A DNA stretch of 29,177 nt, taken from positions 310,001 to 339,177 of the forward strand of contig JAMDHS010000011.1 of assembly GCA_029717555.1 (NCBI GenBank), in the 5' to 3' direction. Positions 21,840 to 29,177 of this stretch are shown here, piece after piece. The position numbers and the translations under genes are program-made. The number at the start of each line of letters is the position of its first letter. Position 1 is the first letter of the stretch. Origin of the DNA: Peribolospora baueri (taxonomy: Eukaryota). The notes under the pieces were generated by a model that did not search any database, was not told the DNA's origin, and was given only the letters and a program-made list of their open reading frames with translations.

Positions 21840-23856
21840 TCACGCCATCGCCCCCGTCTCAGCCGAGGCCGTCTTCTTCCCTTGTGTCACCCTCTCGAAC
21901 CGGCTCGGATCGCCAACGAGGCCAGCCTCGCGTGGGCGGATGGCGCGGGCGTCAAGCAAGGCCGCCTCGAGGTCCTCGATCAGGTCGTCCGCGTCTTCGA
22001 TCCCGACGCATAGGCGGATCAGGTCTTCTGGCAGCCGTCGCGCTGCCCGCGTCGCTGGGTCGATCGAGGCGTGGCTGAGGGGACGGAAGCGGGGCAAGGG
22101 CAAGGGCAAGAAGAAGAGACGAAAAAAAAGAATAAGGCATTTACACATACTGGAGCGAGAACGGCGGATAGACCTGATCTCCCTCCCATCCACTCACCTC
22201 ATCAGACACGGCATGCTGATCAGGCTATTCACGCAACCAAAGCTGACGCTGATGCCCCACAGCCTCGTCGCCCCGACGATCCGCTCGCTGAGCTCCTTAT
22301 CCTCCGTCTCAAAGCTGAGCACCGCCCCGGGACCCTTGGCCGCGCGGTCGTGCACCTCTTTACCAGGGTGAGACGGCAGGCCGGGGTAGTGCACCCGAAA
22401 GCCGAGCGCATCGAGGTACTCGGCCACGAGCTGCGCCGTCGCGCATTGTCGGTCCATGCGCACCGCCAACGTCTTGATGCCTCGAAGGAGGAGGAAAGAG
22501 TCGAAGGGCGTCAGCGCGTTGCCTACGGCATTGATGGTGAACGCCATCTCCTGTGCGAGGCGAACGAACGGAAGGGGACCGAAGGGGGCAAGGTGAGCGA
22601 ATCGCGCCACACAACGGCCAAATTAAAATCCAACCAATCGCTAGACCGACCTTGGCAACATCATCGCGATCGCAGCCAATCACGCCAGCCATGAGATCGT
22701 GGTGTCCGCTGAGGTACTTGGTCCCCGAGTCGTACACCACGTCCGCTCCCAGCTCGAGCGGCCGGGCGAGGTAGGGGGACATCATGGTGTTGTCGCTACG
22801 CGAGGGACCGTTGGAGAGACGAAAAGAAAAGGCGGGTGAGCACGTAGGCTTCCTTCTGATGCACCCATCGTGCCCGCATCGACCACTCACACGACGACCA
22901 CCGCCTCGGGGCTGATCCGATGGGCGGCAGCGGCAATGGTCTGGATGTCGCAGATCTTGAGCAAAGGGTTCGTAGGACTCTCGAGCAGCACCATCCTCGT
23001 TCTCTTGCCCTCCTTCGCGTTGCGCTCCAGCACCTCTTCCACCTTGTCCGGGACGGTTGTGTCGACATGGGAGGTGGTGATGCCGCCATGGGAGGAGAGA
23101 TAGCCTAGAAGACGGTTCGTGCCCCCGTACAGGTCGTCGCCCGCGACGATGTGGTCGCCGGGCTTGAGGATCCGCGTGATCACGTCCAAGGCGGCCATGC
23201 CCGAAGAGACGGTAAAGGCGTGCTGGGCTGACATGATCTTTGCCAGGTGGTTTTCTGAGCGTCGTCGGGACGTGGAGTGTGGGAGCAGGATGAGCGACGG
23301 CGCGCATGGAGGCGAAGACCGCTGTGGCGGCGTCTTTCAAAAGACGGGCCCGCAACGTCCTCTTGCGACCGACGCGCGCGCCGGAAATCCGACCGACCAA
23401 CTCACCAAGCTGACTCCTGGTCGGGTTGCCGCTTCTCGTATAGTCATACTCCTGCCCTGGCCCACCCTTGAACGTGGCGGTCTGATAGATAGGCACGCTA
23501 CTCGCGCCGTATTGGTCCTTCCTCTTCGGGTCCTCGACCGTCGCACATTGCGTCGCAAAGCGGTAAGGTCGCGGCGTGGGCGTCATGGAGGAAGAAGGAT
23601 TTTTGCCGGTGGCCGGACCCGCGGCAGCCTTGGGGGCGTCAGAGGAAGGAGAGCGGCGCGGGGAGGAGGGGACGGTGGAGATGGGAGAGCCGTCTTGATC
23701 GACGTCGCGGGAGCGGGAAGAGGTGGAAGAGAAGATGTGGGAGTTGGGCACCGAGGACGCGCCTAGGGCGGTGGTGGAGGAGGAGGAGGAAGAGGAGACG
23801 GAGGGGGTGGTGAGAGTGGAGGAGGTGGTGAGGAAGGAGGCGGCAAGGTCGGGCAT
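21840..23856 (-). CDS. STR3: Cystathionine beta-lyase (PLP-dependent, Cys/Met metabolism family), about 515 aa, 5 exons
   Basis: Exons 23856-23406, 23254-22891, 22795-22651, 22550-22198 and 22074-21840 (1548 nt, in frame). Motifs DQYGASSVPIYQTATFK, YDYTRSGNPTRSQLE, SSGMAALDVI, GDDLYGGTNRLL, LESPTNP, VDNTMMSP, the PLP-lysine motif DSGTKYLSGHHDLMAG, SVSFGCVNSLISMPCLMSHASI and LIRLCVGIEDADDL. A Ser-rich N-terminal extension of about 95 aa precedes the core. Confidence 0.95.
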
Positions 23857-24952
23857 GGTGGTGCGCCGGTCGTGATAACGGCGGGGGGGGGAACGAGTGC
23901 AGCGAAAGCGAAGGAGCGGGCCCTTTTTCTTTTTTTGCTCTACGTCGTCGATGTCGTTGGGTAGGGTTGGTAGACAGCCTGGCGGAGACGAAGGAAAGAG
24001 AGGATGACTGTAACAAACAAAACGCTTCGCTGGTGTCGTCGTCGTCTCCAGTCTTGCGTCGCGGACTCGAACGTCGACTCCACCCAACGTCCGTTGAGGT
24101 CGACGTTGCCGCAGCCAGAGATCACGCAATCGGATCCCAGGGCCTGAGCCGCAGTCGGCCAAGGACGAGTAGAGTCACTTTCTATTCTATACGAGTCGCT
24201 CGGGGAAGGTGACGCTGACGCTGGCGTACGTACCCGCGTCTTTCGAGTGCCTACCGTGTAAGAAGGGCGCTTGGACGACGATCATGTATCGGTTCTTAAA
24301 CAAATCCAACTAGCGATGGAAGGAGCGGTCGGAGATGGCAGCGACGGGGCGGTTCGGCGTCTGTTCGCTTATGCGGACCAGGTGCATGTATGAGTGTGTC
24401 CGATACGCATGGCTCGCTCGTTTGGACGTTTCGAAGTACTCGTTGGGGAGAGTGGACGTCCCGATAGGTAAGGTAAGGTCGGCTAGCTAGCTTGCCACTG
24501 CGACGTGTCAGTGCCGGCCTGGGCGGTGTTGAGGGCTCGCACAGACGAATACAGAAGGGCGGCGGCGGCGGCCGTGGCTCGGAGAAAGGCGGGGCGCGGC
24601 CGTCGTGGTGCCTGTCGTCGCGCAACGTACAACTACAATCTATATACATGCTTGGACACGGCGCGGTAAGCAAGGTAAACGAACGAGTACGCGTCGTCGT
24701 CGTCGCCGTTATGCGCCGTGAAGCGGCGGCGGTCGTGTGCAAGCGGCATGGGTGGGGGAGACGTGGGCGAGGGGAGACAGAACGCGGCTAGTCACGCACA
24801 GTACATGACGGGGACGGGGAGTGGCTAGGAGGAGCTGCGGCGGCGGGCGGGCCGACAGAGGAGAAAGATCTGGTCTGGCTGGACGGAAGGAGGGGCTGGG
24901 CGTGGGTTGTAATGTTGTGGTATGCGGCCGGTAAGTCAGTGTAACATTGTAT

Positions 24953-25030
24953 TTGTTTTGTGTTGTTTTGTGTTGTCTTGTGTTGTCTTGTGTTGTCTTG
25001 TGTTGTCTTGCGTTGTTTTGTCCGGTCTTG
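24953..25030. repeat. Decanucleotide tandem repeat (TGTTGTCTTG)n
   Basis: About 7 near-identical copies in the STR3-MSB2 divergent intergenic region. Confidence 0.9.
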
Positions 25031-25103
25031 TCTCGGCTGCCCGTCGATCGTGCATGTCGATCCCCCTGAAGCCGGGCTCTGGCCGTGCGACGACATCCAG
25101 CCG

Positions 25104-25110
25104 CTATAAA
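25104..25110 (+). promoter_or_regulatory. Candidate TATA box for MSB2
   Basis: CTATAAA upstream of a long CT-rich leader (about 25400-25860) preceding ATG 25867; the distance is long, so this is tentative. Confidence 0.3.
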
Positions 25111-25268
25111 CGAGGGCCAAGGCCGCGCATGTACATTACGCCACGCCACTCCACGCCATGCACGGGAATGGCTGCGGCGGGCGAGCATATCGAATGATAG
25201 GACCGACTTGTATTGCCTTGTTTTTTTCTTTCGAATCGCTTCGCTAGCCTCGCTAACGCGGCCGAGTC

Positions 25269-25298
25269 GGCCACGGCCACGGCCACGGCCACGGCCAC
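25269..25298. repeat. (GGCCAC)5 microsatellite
   Basis: Directly visible. Confidence 0.9.
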
Positions 25299-25866
25299 GC
25301 GGGCACAAGGGTGCGGCTGTAATGCAATGGTCATTACAATCGTCCCCCCATTTGAATACGCCCGTGGCCAGCCTTGCTGCGCCCCGCCGGTGCTATCCTC
25401 CGTATTCTCTCGCTCTCTCTCCCTTTCCCTCCAATTCCATCTCATCTCTTCTCATCTCCCTCTCCTCCTTTCTCCCATCCTCCTCCTCCTCGTCACTCTT
25501 TTCCTCATCCCTCTTTCCTAACCCTCTCATCCCCCTCCCCATCCCCCAGTCCATCCCCTCCCTTTTCCTTCCTACCCCTCCCAGCACGCCAGCCTGTGCC
25601 AGACTTGACTGACCGCTGGACGTCCACATCCCTCTTCCCCCCCATCGAGCAGAAAAAGCCTCTCGCGCGCCGGACCGCCGTGTCGCACCCACACTCGCTT
25701 GCACTCCCACTCCCACTCACACTCCCATTCGACTCCCACTCGCCCGCCTCTGCTGACGCACCCCGCGTTCTTCTACTGGGCCTCCCTCCCCTCCCACTCC
25801 CACTCCCACGCCCGTCGGCCCTCTGCGCGCGCCGTCTCGTCGCAGCCCTTCGCTCTTTTCGTCGCC

Positions 25867-28727
25867 ATGCATCTCACCTCGCCCCACCTCCGCTTCCTCC
25901 TCCTCACCGCTCTCCTCTCCTCCGACCTCGTCCTCGCCCATGGCTCCGCCGACGACGACCACGCCGCCGGCGCTGCCTTGGCCCGGAGGGAGCAGCACCG
26001 CCATCGCGCTACTCGCCTTGAGAAGGTCCGGATGAGGAGGGCGTCCGCAGACGACGACGCTGGCGTCGACCAGAGGGACAGTGAGTCGCCTTTACCGCCC
26101 TCTCAGGAGAGGCAGGCGTCGAGGGGCGCGCAATGGCTCACACAGGCACGCCTCCTTTCCGCCCGCCCCCTCCTCCTTTTTTGCCGCCCTCGTTCCTGAA
26201 CGCGTCCCTGACTTACCCGCTGCCTCCTCTCCCAGACTTCAATCCCTTCGGCGGCAACTTCCTCGGCGGCCCCTCCACTGACTTGTTCGGCTTCCAGGGC
26301 TCCACCTCCTCCTCGACCTCTTCGTCCAGCACGCCTACCTCGTCCCACAGCAGCACCCACCACTACTCCAGCTCGTCTTCGTCCAGCCACCCCAGCAGCG
26401 ACCCGGACAGTAACTCCGGCTTCCAGCGCCCTTCCGCCTCCCCCAAGCCGGCCTCGTCCGTCAGCTCCACTTGGTCGCACACCACGACCACCCATTCGTC
26501 GTCGCCAGCACAGCCCTCCTGGCCCTCTGGGTCGCCCCCAAGCTTCAGCTGGCCCGGTTTTGGCGGAAGTGACAGCAGCAGCAGTGCCGACAGCTCCACT
26601 CCCACATCCTGGCCTGGCTTCTCGCTCCCTGGCCTCTCCTGGCCCTCCGGTCCCTTCGATCCTTTCCACCCTTCCTCGTCCGATGACGGCCCTTCCTCCG
26701 CCCGTCCGACCTCGAAGCCCGGCCACAGTCACGGCCACCACGGCCACAGCCACAGCCACAGCACAGCAAACCCTAGCGGCGGCGGCGGTCTTCTTTCTAT
26801 CCCCTTGTTCGGGTCTTCGTCGTCGTCGTCCGACGGTCAGTCGTGGCCCACCGCCACCTCCTCTTCCTCCTCCTCCAACGGCGGCGGCGGTCTTCTTTCC
26901 ATCCCCTTGTTCGGGTCTTCGTCGTCGTCGTCCGACGATCAGTCGTGGCCCACCGCCACTTCCTCTTCCTCCTCCTCCTCCAACGGCGGCGGCGGTCTTC
27001 TTTCCATCCCCTTGTTCGGGTCTTCGTCGTCGTCGTCCGACGGTCAGTCGTGGCCCACCGCCACCTCCTCTTCCTCCTCCTCCAACGGCGGTGGCGGTCT
27101 TCTTTCCATCCCCTTGTTCGGATCTTCGTCCTCGTCTACCACGTCTCAGCCCACCGGAAGCAGCATTCCGTTCATTCCCTTCGGAAGCACCACCACCTCG
27201 GCCCCCACCAGTCAGCCTACCAACGGAACCACGGCGACCGGAAGCAGCACCGGCTCCGGCGGTAGCAGTACCTCCCTGTCCAGTGTCAGCAGCAACTCCA
27301 GCGGTGGCAGCACCGCGTCGGGTTCTCTCACCTCCGGTGCCTCGAGCTCCGGCCCGACTGGCAGCGCAGGAACGGCCGCGCCGACAAAGTCAACCGCGAG
27401 CCCGACCACTTCCGACCCTTGGGCCGGTTTCGTCAACCCGACCTCCCTCGTCCTTGGCATGCCCGCGTCCAGCTCATCGTCCGGCGCGTCCTTGGCGTCT
27501 TCTTCCTCTTCCGCCTCTTCGTCCTCCGCCTCTGGCCAGTCCTCCACCACTCCTCAGCTGCCTTCGCGCATCGTGCCCCCCACCGGTCCGGTTGTGAACC
27601 CCCCGGCCGACTCGTCCCTCGTGTCGCTCCTCTTCCAAAAGTCGCTCAACTGGCAGCTCCTCGTGGACAACTCGGACACCACGTCGCAAGTGTTCGCCTA
27701 CATGCCTTCCATCATCGCCGCCGCGCTCAACCTTACCAGCGACCAGGCCAGTCAGGTGATCAACTCGGCCCTTCAGGCGTATAACCCGCAGGGCACGTCG
27801 CTCACCGACCCCAGCCAGATGCTGAGCTTGTACCAGGCGTACATCCCCACGTCGGACGTGAATGCGCTCGAGCTCCAGATCAAGTCGCCCGGCAGCTCCT
27901 TCTACACCGCCTCGAACAACGCTGTAGCCAAGCAGCTTGCCAAGCTCGTCGACCCTTCGTACCCCATCGCCGCCGACACCAGCGCCGGCAACCGCGCCGC
28001 CACCGGAGGTCCGGGCTCGAACGGCTCGGGCAACGAGGCGCCCAAGCTTCGCAACGCGCTCATCGGCCTCGGATGTGCCGTAGCCGCAGCGATCATCGCC
28101 TTTATCGCCTGGAGACTCTACCGCCGCAAGCAGAAGGCCGCCGAGGCGGACCAGGGTCGGGGCGCCGACTATGTCGCTTCCAACGACCTCCCCGGCGGAC
28201 CGTACAGGGACGAGCCGTGGGACGGCCGTCAAGCTCGGGGCGGCGCGCAGCAGATGGCCGAGGTCGACCTCGGCCACTCGGCCGATCCTTTCGCTGACCC
28301 GAACGCCCATCACGCCGTGGGCATCGCCAGGGGCAGCGGCGTGGACTGGGACGCAGATGGGAACAGCTTGAACAGCATGACCGAGTCGCAGCGCATCAGG
28401 GCCGAATACCTCCATTCCACCTATTCCATCTCCTCCTCGAACGGCGGCGGCGCCGTGGGAGGCTACCAGGACCACAGGACTGGCGGACAGGCCGCCTTGC
28501 ACTCTCCCGGCCTTCGCGCTACGTACTACTCGGCCCATAGCGAGGGCGAGGGCTCGTCCGAGGGACACGGCAGCCATGGCAACCACGGTGGTTCTATCAG
28601 CGGAAGCGGAGGCCTCAGTCCCACCGCGGCGCAGCACGGCAGGCAGTCGACGACGAAGAGGGGCAACATCCAGAGGAGCGCGATCGGCGCACCTCATCTG
28701 AGGGAGAACTCGCTCATGATTCAGTGA
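25867..28727 (+). CDS. MSB2: Msb2-type signalling mucin (single-pass cell-surface sensor of MAPK pathways), about 901 aa, 2 exons
   Basis: Exons 25867-26080 and 26236-28727 (GTGAGT...CCTGAC...CAG, phase 1, 2706 nt). Signal peptide MHLTSPHLRFLLLTALLSSDLVLA, dibasic RR sites and a long Ser/Thr-rich region. HMH-like domain (LPSRIVP...SLLFQKSLNWQLLVDNSDTTSQVFAYMP), TM helix ALIGLGCAVAAAIIAFIAWRLY followed by RRK, and a C-terminal IGAPHLRENSL resembling the conserved I-x-x-P...NSL tail of Msb2. Confidence 0.88.
26778..27137 (+). repeat. Intragenic coding tandem repeat in MSB2: units of 102, 105 and 102 nt plus a half unit
   Basis: Units start at 26778, 26880, 26985 and 27087 and encode GGGGLLSIPLFGSSSSSSD(G/D)QSWPTATSSSSSS(S)N; they are nearly identical at DNA level. 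Confidence 0.95.
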
Positions 28728-29138
28728 GCGGGGCCACGCTTGGTTTCGCTCAACCAACGCGGTAGCAACTGCACTTGCTCTGTCGCCGGTAGCAGTAGCA
28801 ACGGTACCCCTCCCCCCCGCCTGGTGCGGTCCGGATCAAGTCGGCGGCCCTGATGATAGCGGAGGAGCGCCAAGACCCCACTCGACCGACTCCTCCTCCT
28901 TGATACCCACATCCTCTTTCCTCCCCTCTCCTTTTCTTGTCTTTCGTTTCCCCGACCTACTCGTACCGGTTTTTCCTTTCGTTCCATCCCTTACTTTTGC
29001 GCTTACCTATCCACCTACCTACCTACCCACCGCCTACTCGAGCACCCTCCCTTCGTAGCCTCGCTCGCACTTCGCACCGGCCTACCCGGCCGCCCTCGCT
29101 GGTCTCTTCACCTTTCGCGCCTGGTCTGCGCCCCCCCT

Positions 29139-29175
29139 CTTTTTTTTTTTTTTTTTTTTTTTTTCCTTTTTTTTT
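29139..29175. repeat. poly(T) tract downstream of MSB2
   Basis: Directly visible at the window end. Confidence 0.9.
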
Positions 29176-29177
29176 CT

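Noticed and set aside
21512..21842. Cryptic peroxisomal targeting of STR3 by stop read-through or alternative splicing
   Set aside because: The stop context is TGA AGT rather than TGA CTA. The read-through product ends in GRY and the one plausible alternative splice ends in PRR; neither is a PTS1.
22360..24162. 600-aa ORF as the STR3 protein
   Set aside because: It runs through introns and exons in mixed frames; the spliced 5-exon model restores all family motifs.
26778..27137. Direct repeats as a CRISPR array or mobile element
   Set aside because: Eukaryotic context, no unique spacers and unit lengths that are multiples of 3 inside the MSB2 frame: a coding minisatellite.
27474..28757. 427-aa antisense ORF overlapping MSB2
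   Set aside because: Shadow ORF caused by GC-rich codon bias of the sense gene; no protein-like motifs.

Overview
GC-rich, intron-dense fungal genomic DNA with GTGAGY/GTGCGT donors, YAG acceptors and many microsatellites, most likely a basidiomycete. Most entries in the six-frame ORF track are spurious. Manual splice reconstruction gives eight genes. (1) The 3' end of a large protein with a C-terminal membrane anchor, probably START-domain type (+, truncated by the window). (2) A 4-exon DUF4203-like multi-pass membrane protein (-). (3) A 3-exon, 200-aa orphan with a possible ubiquitin/SUMO-like C-terminal fold (-). (4) A 9-exon peroxisomal acyl-CoA thioesterase II ending AKL (+). (5) A 10-exon Zn2Cys6-PAS transcription factor of the Rds2/Ert1 (AcuM/AcuK) family with 5-nt and 9-nt microexons (+). 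(6) A second, divergent 10-exon acyl-CoA thioesterase II ending SKL, with a 9-nt microexon (-). (7) Cystathionine beta-lyase, STR3 (-). (8) An Msb2-type signalling mucin with near-identical 102-105-nt tandem repeats (+). The most notable structure is the inverted pair of peroxisomal thioesterase paralogs, with shared intron positions, bracketing a carbon-metabolism regulator. No tRNA, rRNA, CRISPR array or transposon was recognised. Exon coordinates were read by eye and checked for frame; none are confirmed by transcript data.
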